Shown here: piece by piece, positions 12,077 through 23,691 of the stretch
Layout: each line of letters starts with the position of its first letter
How positions within the stretch are numbered: position 1 is the first letter of the stretch
Assembly: GCA_028534125.1 (NCBI GenBank)
Contig: CM052817.1
Location: forward strand, 92,506,001 to 92,570,000
From: Lama glama
Lineage: Eukaryota
Direction: 5' to 3'
DNA: 64,000 nt
The notes under the pieces: generated by a model
Databases searched by the model: none
What the model saw: only the letters and a program-made list of their open reading frames with translations
What the model was told of the DNA's origin: nothing
Program-made: the position numbers and the translations under genes

Positions 12077-12149
12077 TTTAAGACTCCTGAGCACAGAAAA
12101 ACCTGGATGCAAATAACTTAATCTAAATCTAGTTAAATATAATCCAAGT

Positions 12150-12282
12150 ATGTATAAATTATATATATACACACGCACACATAAATGTACATAGAAAATA
12201 CATACATATATGTACATATTATATAATTAAATATGTATATATATATATATATGTTATCTATACACACACACAAACACACACG
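12150..12282. repeat. Compound (TA)n/(CA)n low-complexity microsatellite
   Basis: Seen directly. Confidence 0.9.
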
Positions 12283-12730
12283 TACTTAATGACAGGGTAA
12301 ACTGACTAGAAATTAGAGCCCCTGGGCTTACTCACTCCTTGTCTCTGACGGTCACCCAGAGAGCCAGCCTCATCACTCACACCTGCCCCAGAAAGGCAGT
12401 CTGGTTGACTTAACACTAGCTTAACACTAGCTTCTGCACTCTTTTCAAGGATGGTTTCCAAGCACTTCTTGCCATCAGGCCTGCACTCACTTTAGTGGGT
12501 AGCCAAGCCAGGTCCCGGGACAGTGGCTCTCAGAGTCATGGGAAGCAGGGCAGGTCCCAGGAGGCTGGGTTCTCCCTGTGGTCAAGCTGGCCTCCGCGTG
12601 AACCCTACCCACCCCCCGGTGCACTGGGTGGAAACATGGGCTCACTTCTATACCCAACAAACGTGGTGTGTACACTGCTTCACCTCTGGCCTCATGCAGC
12701 CCTTCACAGTTAAAGAAAACATGGGGGCCG

Positions 12731-12868
12731 GGTGGGAGGGTATAGTTCAAGTGGTAAAGCGCATGCTTAGCATGAATGAAGCCCTGGGTTCAATCCCCAG
12801 CACCTCCTCCAAAAACAAAATAAATATACCTAATTACCTGCCCCCCCCAAAAAAAGTTAAAAAAAAAG
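12731..12868 (+). mobile_element. tRNA-derived SINE (camelid Vic-1-like)
   Basis: gggagggtatagttcaagtggtaaagcgcatgcttagcatg...gccctgggttcaatccccagcacctcc...cctaattacc with A-tail; imperfect TSD gaaaaca(c)tggg on both sides. Confidence 0.9.
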
Positions 12869-14305
12869 GAAAACACTGGGTCTAACTCTAAACAGGGCTC
12901 TACAAGGCTGTGGACTGTGTATCCTGTTTCCCAGTGCCCACGTGAGTTTCATTTTCATCTAAAATGCAGCTGTAAGTAACTTCCCATTTGAGTAAGGAAG
13001 ATGAAAATGGAATTGTTTTGTTCACTGCAGCAGCGATCTGAATCAGGCTGTCAGGTGAGTAGCTCACCAAACACAGGAAAGATGGCAGACTGGACGGTAA
13101 GGATCTTCTTGAGATGGACTGGAAATTAGAGACAATCTGACTCAAATTTGGATTTGTAAATGAGGAGCTATGGCTGGTCCACTTGTGGCAAATGAAAAAC
13201 AAGATATGTAAATGAGGACAGAATAAACCAGTTTTACATGAAACAGAGAAGACCAATTATTTTTCAGGATTCTCTACTCCTACTTCTGAGCTGTTAAAAC
13301 AGCTCATTGGTAATTACCATTTATATCTACTTTTAGAAAGAGCTACAAGTTTTTTCTTTAAGGCTTTCTTGTAAGTCTGGTAACTATTCTTTTCATTTTA
13401 ATGTCATCTTTAAAATACAAGGTTTTGATATAAGCACTTGTGTCAGACCAGCTCAGGTTCAAATAAAAATTTTCACATGAGCCTATTTAAAACGATTCCA
13501 TTTCAGCCCTCTAATCAGGTAGAGCAACTGATTTATATATTAAAGACAAGACTGGTGACACCCAAAGAAATGCTCTGATGTTTGTGACAGAACAGATCAC
13601 TGGGATACACGAGACGCTTGAGGCTGGGAGGAAGGAGTGATGGGGGTTAGCCCCAAAGGACCCCTGGCTTCTGTAGCGGACTCAGAGGTTTAACCGGATG
13701 GCGTCATATTGGGCATAAGCCTAGTGGTGGCCCTCTCCCACAGCTCTGGGATCGTCCCCTTCTGTCCTTCCCAGCATCTCCAGCTTGGAGCATAAGTATA
13801 ATCCAGGTAGGCTTTTGGCTCCAGAGCCCATTCCGGCCTCTCTTCCCTGTCTCCAGTGAGAACCCGCAAAATCAAGAGAAGCCAAAACTCATCAGCGAGG
13901 TTCTCTTATTCCTCCATTTCTACCCTCTTCCCCACCCCAACGACTGATCTGGACAAGTGCCACATTTAAACATCCTCAACGAAGCTGACACAGCTGAAAA
14001 AGGGAAAAAAAAAAGAAGACTCTAAAAATCACAAAGAATGCTACTCTTTCTCTTTGGGCTCTGTTTGTCCCTAAAAAGTTAGAGGAAAAATGGAAGAGGT
14101 TACGAGGACTGAAGGGATGGTGGCTTCAACATCTGTTGAATACGTGTCCTGTGTTTTCATGGAGGGAAGAGTCATGGGGGGTTTCAAGACTCTGGCAAGG
14201 GACGGCAATTTAGCCCTGAACGGGGGGCCGACGTGGTGAAAGGGCCCTGGTGCACGACGGCCCCGCGGGCTCTGGGGCCAGTGCTCCCACCCCCGCCGGC
14301 CGTAC

Positions 14306-14456
14306 CTGACAGCAGCAGCCAGAGCTCCCCGCGCATGCTCTCTGGGACGCCCTTCAGCACCAGCTCCCGCGTCTTTTCTGTGCGGTACATGCAGATCCCT
14401 TGCCCGTACTCGGCAAAGTGAATCTTCCAGGCCTGCTCCTTCAAAAACTCTTTGGC
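14306..14456 (-). CDS. TBC1D9: TBC1D9 coding exon 9 (151 nt, phase 0-1), start of TBC/Rab-GAP domain
   Basis: [50 protein letters not shown](G); contains TBC motif A RxxxW; cag|GCC and CAG|gtacgg. Confidence 0.97.
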
Positions 14457-15004
14457 CTGTAAGGGATAATGAAACATCAGTACATCCCAAAGTACCTGAG
14501 GACGGTAAGGAGAAGTTCGGTGGAAGGTCAGAACATCTTCCTTAGTGAACACAACGGCTGAGTTCTGGACAGAATGGACATGAGGATAAAGGACTCAGAT
14601 CTTCTGGGGTCCTTCCCTGACTGATCACAGCCTGTGGTTCTGCCGTGACGCTTCCTGTACCAGAGTCAGAATTCCACTTACCTGAGATGGGTCAGCAGAG
14701 TGCAAACCACATTTATGGCTTTATGTCCACATCTCCAAGTGGAAGTGAGCTGATGTTTTCAAAATGTGGTCTGAGAAATTATGTCCTTATTTGTTGGTTA
14801 ATTAAACAACAGTAAAACACAAGATTGTAAATCAAAACTGTACTTCAATTTTTTAAATACACAGAAAAAAGTTAAAAATATGACCAAAAAAAGTCATCTG
14901 TACTGTCTCTAACTCACCTCCTTCCGTGAAGAAGCCACTCTGAAACCTAATGACATATTTGACAAAATCTGCTTTACTTGCAGGAAAAGTATCTGTTGAC
15001 GGAT

Positions 15005-15190
15005 TTATGAGTTTATTTTTAAGGTGTACAATGTGTTATATTGACGTATTTGAGTTTACTTTTTTTTAAGGTGTACAGTGTGTTGATTTACTAGATACTG
15101 CAATATGATACTACCATACCATGTCACTCAATTATCATTTCTTTTTGGTTGTGAGAACAATTAAGATCTAATTACTTAGCAACTTCAAAG
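15005..15190 (-). mobile_element. L1MA-like 3' end with short tandem duplication
   Basis: ttaaggtgtaca(a/g)tgtgtt occurs twice, then catttctttttggttgtgagaacaattaagatcta...cttagcaacttcaa. Confidence 0.7.
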
Positions 15191-15289
15191 TTTTAAAAAA
15201 AAAAAGAGCTTGCTTTTATTAAGAGCGTATTTTTCAAACGTTATGGTTCTAATATAAGAACATTCTGGGCAAGAGGAGGAGGCACCCAC

Positions 15290-15460
15290 CAGTTTCGGGT
15301 TGAACTCCTCAGGAGATCGCCGCCGATACATGGTCATCAGGGTCTGGGTGGCTGTGGGGACGCTGTTGCCGTTGAGGTTGAACTGGCGCTCTCCGTCAGC
15401 GTCAGAGCTGGTGCTTCTCTGGGGGCTGGAGGAAAGCAGGCTGCTGGGCCGAGAGTACAC
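15290..15460 (-). CDS. TBC1D9: TBC1D9 coding exon 8 (171 nt, phase 0-0), Ser-rich linker
   Basis: VYSRPSSLLSSSPQRSTSSDADGERQFNLNGNSVPTATQTLMTMYRRRSPEEFNPKL; cag|GTG and CTG|gtgggt. Confidence 0.96.
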
Positions 15461-16281
15461 CTGCAGGTGCAGAGAGGAGCAAGCTGCTGGATGGTCTGGG
15501 CTGTAGGATCTACTCTGGACAGATACCAACAGCTTGGCTCCCAAGGCTTCTTGCTACATCACAAAGCAGAAGAAAGGCAGCAAGCCAGCACTTTGGTGGG
15601 GTCGTGGGACTCAGAGCCAATGCCCAAAAGAGGTCTCCTCTGTGTTTGTTTGTTTGTTTGTTTATCCTCTGTATTTTAGATGCATTTTTGCAACAAGCTG
15701 GTTGGCCACACATCTCTCTGATTAGTATGCTGCATGCCAAGCACACTGTGGTTGAATCAACCACTTATGGGACCACCTCCCTCACCTCCTCTCTAGTTTC
15801 TGGTACCTCAAAAATGTCCACATAGTCTTAGAGCAGGAGGACAGGGGCAGGGCTGTTACTCGTGTGCTCACTATTTTTACAACTTGCTTTAACTACCAGT
15901 AACTTGTGCTATGACTTGAGCTAGTCACATAACTTTCAGGGCTTCAGTTTCCCTGGATGTTGGTCCAGGGCCTGATTCAATTCAACTGGGGATACAATTC
16001 GTATCTTATCATAATAAATGACCTCTGTACCATTCCCAACAAGATCAATAGTGTAATAAGAGGGTTAGACCAGATGATCTCCAAGGTTCTGTCCAGCCCT
16101 AGATGATCCCAAATACAAACTCCATGAGATTTAAATGAGATACTGCTCTGGGCAGAGGGTAGGTGGTTCATCTTAGCACAGCTGCAAAGCTTGAAGATCC
16201 AAGAAACGGGACAAGGAGGTGAGCACCTCCAGGGAAGAGTAATAAGACGAACCAAAACACCCGCAGGTGCCTTCCACAGAC

Positions 16282-16488
16282 CTCATCATCTGAACTGTTG
16301 CAGCTTCCTGCAAATTCTTTGTCCGAGTATATTTTAGAGGTCGTCTGTTGCAGGAAATCAGAGATCCTCTGCACTAGAAAGTCTCTGTCTTTCAAATTGG
16401 CAAACAGGAAGGTCATCCTGTTCCTGGTGCTGATAGATAAGGGACTGGGGAGCACGCTGGAGCTGTCTGCCTTTTCTACAATCGTCAC
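16282..16488 (-). CDS. TBC1D9: TBC1D9 coding exon 7 (207 nt, phase 0-0)
   Basis: VTIVEKADSSSVLPSPLSISTRNRMTFLFANLKDRDFLVQRISDFLQQTTSKIYSDKEFAGSCNSSDDE; ttttcag|GTG and GAG|gtctgt. Confidence 0.96.
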
Positions 16489-16705
16489 CTGAAAAGAAAG
16501 AGGACACAGAGCATTACTTTCTGGGGATTATGCAACAGCAATCTCTGAGCAGCACCGAAGAAGGAATACAGCATTTTTAAGTCCTATAGGAACCACCCAT
16601 ATTTTATTGAGGCAAGCTGAGATTCTTTAACTCTGTTCCCATAAAATAAAGCAGCTCACAACAAATCAAAGTAGAGCTGGAATTATCTGGCTGGTTTTTC
16701 TAAAT

Positions 16706-16927
16706 CAGTAGTTCTAAATCGAGAATAATTTTTGCCCCCCAGGAGACATCTGGCAACATCTAGAGGTACTTTCAGTTGTCACAAGTGGAAGGTACCTCTG
16801 GCACCCAGCAGGTAGAGGACAGGGATGCTGTTAAACATCTGCAGTGCACAGGACACAGGGCAGCTGCCCCAACAACGCCCAGGCCAAGACAAGTCCAGGT
16901 CAGTGGCACCAAGATGAATAAACCTTG
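16706..16927 (+). mobile_element. MER20 (hAT-Charlie), second copy
   Basis: cagtagttctaaa...tttgccccccaggagacatctggcaacatctagag...gttgtcacaa...ggtagagg...gggatgctgttaaacatc; visibly homologous to 10440-10659. Confidence 0.88.
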
Positions 16928-17216
16928 CTGTGAAGGAATTCTTTGATTTTCATTAAAATTTCATGGAGCCATAAGAGAGAGAACTCCTAGCTGCTACATC
17001 ACCCTTAAGAGACAGAAAACAGACATGATACTGGTTCCTTTTTAAAGAGCTTAATGTGGAGAAGGCTTTCAAAACACCACCAATTTGTCAAATGTCTCAT
17101 TTAGACCCCAGGGCTTGGCATCCCTCACCTCCCACCACTTCAAAGTTTTAAAGGCTCCATTTTGCACAGACATGACGTAAACAAGTTAACTGCAACCTTA
17201 TCTGCACCGGCTGACT

Positions 17217-17292
17217 CTGTGTGTGTGTGTGTAGGTGTGTGGTTGTGTCTCAGAGACAGCGAGAGAGAGAGAGAGAGGGAGTGTGCGTGTGT
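17217..17292. repeat. Compound (GT)n/(GA)n microsatellite
   Basis: Seen directly. Confidence 0.85.
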
Positions 17293-17775
17293 GGTGGAGT
17301 AAGTCGACCACACTGGGAGGAAAATAGGGAAGGGGGCATCTGCTTTAGCTTCGAAATGATGGCATGTGTTTGGTGCTTTATAATAGGATTTTCATCAACT
17401 GGAAACTAGGATAAATGCATTACAAGTATTTCCTTTAGCCCGCTGGGAAGAACGCCTCAAGGCCAGCCCTAGATCAGTGGTTTATTTGCAGCAGCTCTGA
17501 CTAAATACTTAGTTTCCTTCCCCTCTTCATTTCCACTGGTAAGTCATCTAGACAGGTTCAACTTCAGCCCTTTCATCAGCATTTTCATGTGAACCACCAA
17601 AGCAGAACTTTGAAAACTTTAAGGTTAAGGAAACCACTGGAGTTACCTAAAAAATTACATGGTCACAAATGCAAAACAGCGATTACTGGGGTCCATAAAG
17701 GGAAACCTGCAGGACCTGACTTCCATCTTCAGATTTTATACATACATAGAGTTAGATATATATTTATACATTTTT

Positions 17776-17862
17776 CCCCCTTAACGGAGGTATTGGGGAT
17801 TGAACCCAGGACCTCATGCATACAAAGCACACGCTCTACCACTGAGCTGTACCCCCACCCAC
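17776..17862 (-). mobile_element. tRNA-derived SINE (Vic-1-like) with perfect 16-bp TSD
   Basis: Reverse complement gggtgggggtacagctcagtggtagagcgtgtgctttgtatgcatgaggtcctgggttcaatccccaatacctcc; TSD atatttatacattttt at 17760-17775 and 17863-17878 (TT/AAAA site on minus). Confidence 0.92.
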
Positions 17863-18929
17863 ATATTTATACATTTTTAAAGGAATCCTCTGAGACACTC
17901 GGAGTTGCACATAAAAGTGTTTATTCCTCAATGCAAATGAAGCTAGAAAAATGGAAAAACAAAAACAAAAACAACCTCTTTATCATAAAAAGGATCTTCC
18001 TATGACTCCTCAGATGTGTGTTGAATAATCCTCATTTTAAAAGACCTATAAAAACTCCTTTTCTCCCAACAGATTTTTTTCTGATTCTTTTGGTCACCAG
18101 GTGTCTGGGACTAAATGACACATGCAAAAAGAATGAAAGGTTCAAGTTCTGTGCCTAAAACACAGACACCACGTGGATCTTGCTGAAGTCAAAGGGTAAA
18201 GTCCTATGTCTAGTAGGATCATAAATACAGTTAACTCAGTTCACAGAATCAGTTTAACTCAGTTCACAGAAAGACCAGTGTCTGCTCAAACAAACTTGCT
18301 GGTGGGTGGGAGCCCCGCCCTACTGCTTTCTGTCATTATCATTACCTACAGGTAATAAAAATTACATTAAGTCTTTTGCTTCTTCCATTAGTCGAGATTA
18401 GGGATCTACCATTAATATATTTCAGCGATTCATCAGGTTAAAGGAAAGGGCACTGCTGTCTCACTGAGCATCATGTTAAAGCTGCATCCTCCAGCCACAG
18501 AATGCTTTATTTCTAAACACTACCCCCACCATTGTCCCTCCTCTGATTTACGCTGAAATATGACTGAATTATCTCTGCCTTACTACCTGTTAGAGAAAAC
18601 TGGCAAGCAGAAAATGGGCTGAGGGTATCAGCCACCACTCTCTCAGTTCCCTGAGCTCTCATTATCGTGCTGTAAATTGCACTGGCATGTGCAGAGAGTT
18701 AGCTGGACCGCACCGAGAGGTGGGGAACAGGAGAGCAGACATCTGGACAGCAGCTCCAGCCCCTCTCTGCTCCTCAGTTCCCTCTGGATAAACAGAGTGA
18801 TGACTCACTCAGAGTCATAAATGACACATCTACGGAACATTCTTAATCCCAGGATGGGTTTCCTTAGCCGGTCCGAGTTACTCTGCTTTACTACAGTCAG
18901 GTAGGACTTGACCAAGAAAATTTCAGTAA

Positions 18930-19075
18930 CAGTTTTGTGTATGGTGATAGATGTTAACTAGACTTACTGTGGTGATCATTCTGCAATACTGACAAATATT
19001 GAATCACTATGTTGTCTGCCTGAAACTAATATGTCATGTCAATTACAACACACACACACACACACACACACACAC
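18930..19075 (+). mobile_element. L1MA-like 3' terminal fragment ending in (CA)n
   Basis: ggtgatagatgttaactagacttactgtggtgatcatt...aaatattgaatcactatgttgt...cctgaaactaatat; CA repeat at about 19049-19075. Confidence 0.8.
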
Positions 19076-19129
19076 GTATAATAACTCCCTAAGACAAAGA
19101 AGGTAAGTTTGCTGGAAAAAGTTATGAAA

Positions 19130-19720
19130 TACATTTGTAAGTACTGATGAATTATCCCTCTCAGAATTCACCCCCAACAATTCCTGGCCTCAAAAAGTGC
19201 TGTACACCAATTAGCTCACTCTGTAAGAGGGAGAACCAGATGTATCAATTGCCTAACATTTCTCATTTTTTTTAATCTGACAATTCAACTTGTAGGAATT
19301 TATAACTTAAGGAAAGTCATACATATGATTGGGAGAAAACTAAAAACAATGCAAAGGTCCAACCACAGGTCACCTACATGAGAAGAAATAAATTATATGT
19401 ATATCCCTTTATGGAATAATATGCAGTCATTAAAAGTTGCATTGTAAAAGAATATTTTATAACATGGGGAAAAGTTAAGTGTATACTGTTAAGGGAAATA
19501 GAAAGAAAAAAGAAAAAATTCTTTATATTTTATGTGTAAATAATATAAATGACATATACACAGCCATGTATAGAAAGTCTGGAAAGCTGGATAGCAGAAT
19601 GTTAACTAAGGTGGTCATCTTTGAATGGTGAGACTAGGGGTGAATTTTGCTTTCTTTTTATTTGTCTGTATTCTTACAAATTTACTGTAATAATGATGCA
19701 ACAGTTTAAAAACAAACAAA
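19130..19720 (+). mobile_element. Old L1ME-type fragment
   Basis: acaattcaacttgtaggaatttat...atggaataatatgcagtcattaaaa...aagtctggaaag...aatgttaac...gtggtcatct. Confidence 0.6.
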
Positions 19721-20313
19721 CAAACAAAAAAACCAAGAACATCTGCTTACATAAATGATTTAACAAAAACAAAAGAAAAGAAGGCAGAGGGAAACTTGAA
19801 TTTTTTACTATAGGGAATCTTAACAAAGGGTCGATCTTGATTTAATAGCCAAAGCTTCCAACCATGTTAACTTCTAGAAAATGACCAGAGTAGGTTGAAA
19901 GTTGCCAGGTTAGAAAGTGCAGGCCTGCCAGCCCCTGAGATCTTAACCTGAGTTCCTTCTCAACCCCAAACAGCACAGCAAGGCTTCCACGCAAGTACCA
20001 GAATAACCTATCACTGTGAAGACATGACAGAAACCCACTCCACCACAGGCACAAGATTGATGTTTCATAGTCTTCACTGCACATGTGAGTCAGCCTGGGA
20101 CTTTATTAAAATACAGACTCCAAAGCCTGCACAGATTCAGAAGATCTGAGGTGGACTTAGGAGTCCGCCACCGTGGCCGGCGGTCCCAGTGGGTCCAATG
20201 CAGAGAATCGACAGACCAGCCAGATCTCAGCACTTGGCTTTCTGGTTCACAACCTGGACTGTCTCCTCTAAAGACTAAGCTGCTCAGGCTGTGAGCCAGG
20301 TGTACTAACCACA

Positions 20314-20830
20314 TGTTCTAGTTTCTGTATTTGATGTTTTCACATCTTGGGGCCCTGCTGCCCCTGGTAGGACCACCCGTCCCAGAGTCAGCAGAGGACT
20401 CACCTGTGAGCGGCCCTTCCATAGGCAGACCAACCAATCCTGAGCCCATACCCCACTGACCTCCTTCACCTGCTCTCACACTCAGGGCCACCACTCACCT
20501 GCCCCCATCACCCCAGGGCCAGGCACCAGCCAACTGGAGACAGGCCCTCTGCCCTAGGTCCTGCCAAAACTATCCAACTTGCCAATCTTAAGCCTGCTTG
20601 CCCTGCCTCCACTGTTTCTTCCCATGGAAACCACAGTAAAGGGTCTTACCCGCACTTCCCTTGCTCTTCTGCCTGCTGACCCGCCCTGGTGCTTCCCCGT
20701 GTGGTCCCCGTGGCATGGCGTGCGCCCCCTAGAGGGATCTGCGACTATAACAAGCAATCTTTTCCATGACAGTCATCTCCTGCTCTGTTGGCCTCACCTC
20801 ACCTGAACAAGAATGAAACCTACATTTTTT
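20314..20830 (+). mobile_element. Solo ERVL LTR, MER74-like
   Basis: Begins TGTT; aaccaatcc(t)gagcccatacccc, ccccagggccagg, ggtgcttccccgtgtgg...gtcatctcctgctctgttggcctcacc match the MER74-family pattern as recalled. Confidence 0.75.
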
Positions 20831-21043
20831 TTTTAAAAAACACCAGGCTGCCTCCAGAAGAAGAGATCTTGCAGGTACCACGGTCACTTGGAGCAATGAC
20901 AACACAGGAAAGAGTGGTAGATTCCATCAAAGAATTGTGAACAATCACCCTATGGTTAAAAGCCAACCCAATGCTGGTAAAAAACACACAGAGAAGTATT
21001 ACAGATTAAACTCTTCAAATACCCATCTTCACCTGACGCTTAC

Positions 21044-21251
21044 CTCTCGGAGCGGGATGATGAGGCTACACAGATTCTCCTCCTTGCTGGTAAAGCAGAT
21101 GTAGTTTGTGGAGACAAACATCTGCCCCAAAATGTGCATTTTGTTGAATGGAGTCCAGAGGGTGCAGTCCGTGTGGCCGTCTAATTTTTCATCTTTGGGC
21201 AGCCGGAAAAGTGCACGGTATCGCTCGCTCTTCGCCCTGGCATCGAGATCG
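21044..21251 (-). CDS. TBC1D9: TBC1D9 coding exon 6 (208 nt, phase 2-0), GRAM domain 2
   Basis: DLDARAKSERYRALFRLPKDEKLDGHTDCTLWTPFNKMHILGQMFVSTNYICFTSKEENLCSLIIPLRE; cag|C and GAG|gtaagc. Confidence 0.97.
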
Positions 21252-22199
21252 CTGGAAAGCAACAACAGTAACGCAGCTTACGCAAGAGAAGAGCTTCAGT
21301 GCCTCTAATGATGCAGCAACGGAGGTTCCCCAGCCCATCTTTCCCCTCCTCCAGCCTGTCAGACTTACTCCTACCTTCCTGGGAGTTAGCTCCAACCTAG
21401 GACCCAAAAACATAATAAAATTATTTTAATATACTTAGGGCCCCTTGGGTTGTCATTTCACAATCAGTATTTGTAAATGTTCAAGGATCTTGGGAAAACA
21501 AGGCCTTAGACAGGCATAATTCTCGTTCTAAAAGAATACAGTAATTGCTAAAGAGATTACTACATTTATATTCATCTAGAGGTACTTTCGGGGTCTTATC
21601 TTTTAAGAATGACCAAATGAGAAGGTACAAAAGCCACATGAATCAGCTGACTGTCACTGTCTGCTCTGAACAGACAACAAACCTGCCTGAAACACAGGAG
21701 CAACCCAGCTCGTGGACAACTCGCGTTTCTAACCTCGCTGGGTCCTGAGGAGACTATAACCTCCCGAATCAGGTCCTTTTCTGTTTACCATGGCAGTTAT
21801 TTAAACCTCTCCCCTCAAGCTCTTATGCCACTTGAGCCCCTGGATGGTCGAGTTTCTGGCTTCACAGGACACAGAGAAGCCCTCCAGCTCCCTCCCTGCT
21901 GTCTCCAAAACTGCCTCCATCCTCACCGACTCTTGCTTCCTTTCCCTGTTTGAAAGGGAGAGGTATCAGCACACACACGCATCCTTCTCCATGCTCTACG
22001 AGATGCCACTTTTAAAATTATTCATTTTATTATAGCTTTATCTCCATGCTCCCTTCTGCACCTGCACCCACACCTGTCCCTGCGCTTGCCCTCACCAGTA
22101 AACTCTTCCCGTCTGCCTACTTCAGACTATCCTATTTTCAAACCTTCTTTAGTCTAGAAAGAGCAAACCCCCTCCTTTACCACTGAATTTCTTGAGCAA

Positions 22200-22985
22200 G
22201 CGGTCTATACCTGCCCCTACTTCCCTTGCCTTGCTTTTCACGTGCTAGTCGATCCACTGCAGTGACCCAGCCTCTTATCACTCTGTCAAAACATGTCTCA
22301 TATCACCAGACATTTTAATTGCAGTGACCTCTGGTCAGGTTCCAGCTATCAGCTGCGTGGCAATGATTACCAATTCCGTATATCCTACTGGACCAATGTC
22401 CAGTTAGATGTCCTGCAGGCAACTCAGCTCAGCCTGATCAAAACTGAGGCTTCATCTCCCTTGGAAACACTCATCCTTCCCTCATCCCCATCTCAGTAAT
22501 TCCATGCATACTGTCACACCTCAGGGCGTCAACTTTTCCCTTGTCTTTTCTCCAGCCCTCCTCCCACATCCAGTCTTCAGACTTCTCTGCAGTCTCTCAT
22601 CCCACACCCAGCCACCTTCCACACATGTGATGGACTTACTTCCCCCTGTGCTTTCCCCTTCTGTTTCTCCCATCATGTTATTCCATCCTACTGAATTTAC
22701 GTGAGTAATTTCTTCTATGTCTTCAGAGCCCAGCTCCCAGCAGCCTCTGCTGAGAGGTCTTTCCTACCCTCTCAGCCCACCTCCCCACCTGTGTGCTCAT
22801 GGCACTGTGCTCAGAGGACCAGAAGAGGTCCCAGCACATTATGCTGGAGTTGGTCGTGTCTACCTCATTTGCTGAGCTGTGAGTGCCTTAGAAAGTCTTT
22901 TTCAGTTTTGTATCCACACCCAGCAAAGTGTTGCGAAACCCCTGAAGTTGTTCAGAGAAGGTTAAATTTCATAAATGAATGGATG
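22200..22985. mobile_element. L2 LINE fossil
   Basis: Pyrimidine-rich L2-like body (cagttagatgtcctgcaggcaactcagctca...aaactga) ending in aaatgaatggatg next to exon 5. Confidence 0.6.
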
Positions 22986-23015
22986 GGCTTCTTGTCTAAA
23001 GTCTCTGTCACTCAC

Positions 23016-23277
23016 CGTTTTAGAGCAGACACTTTTTTAGGAGACTTCTTTTTCAGCTTGGGCAGGGATCGGTCTTGTTCAAACCCCTCATTGTCTAAGA
23101 GCTGCCTCATGGCAATGTTGGCGAGCTGCTCCATTAACTTGAAGGTCTCACTGATGTTGAGAAACACGGAGAAGAAATGCTCGCTGGACCTTGTGCTCAC
23201 TTTGATCGCATCAGGCAGAAGCAGCGTGGCATTCTTCTCCAGCTGAGTGATGTCCACCCACCGGATTACCAGCTTGG
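23016..23277 (-). CDS. TBC1D9: TBC1D9 coding exon 5 (262 nt, phase 1-2)
   Basis: AKLVIRWVDITQLEKNATLLLPDAIKVSTRSSEHFFSVFLNISETFKLMEQLANIAMRQLLDNEGFEQDRSLPKLKKKSPKKVSALKR; cag|CC and AACG|gtgagt. Confidence 0.97.
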
Positions 23278-23691
23278 CTGAGTGTAGGAAACAAGGCTGG
23301 GTCAACATGAGGCTGCTTGAAATCCTCTCAAGATACTGTAATTTCACAACCCCACGCCCCAATCTCACTGAACTCCTGTGAGTTTCTGTGCCAGTATTTA
23401 TCATCATTCTGTTAGTCTGAAGAGACAAATCTGGATCACAAAAATTCTGAGCTATGATTATTGTGGATTTAAGTCCATGTCTGCTAAACGGATTATACCT
23501 TTGGTGACTCTTTATTACTTAGTAATCAATTTCTTTACAACTATGGAATCAAAAATGATTGAATTCAATTGTTAAAATCGTTACAAAATAGTGTTGGCTC
23601 AGTTATAACTACAGAGAAATTGTTGATGTTTGGATGTGGCAAACCTCAACAGACTTTGCAAAGCTTCCCTCCAAGATCCTAGAGAACTTAC

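Noticed and set aside
12731..12810. tRNA-like sequences (also 12010-12076, 17785-17860, 63940-64000)
   Set aside because: They have A/B boxes but also G-rich heads, SINE tails or TSDs and diverged stems, so they are SINEs, not tRNA genes.
22701..23246. 181-aa + strand ORF and similar + ORFs over exons 4, 6-10 and 12
   Set aside because: Antisense shadows of TBC1D9 exons extended into L2 or intron sequence.
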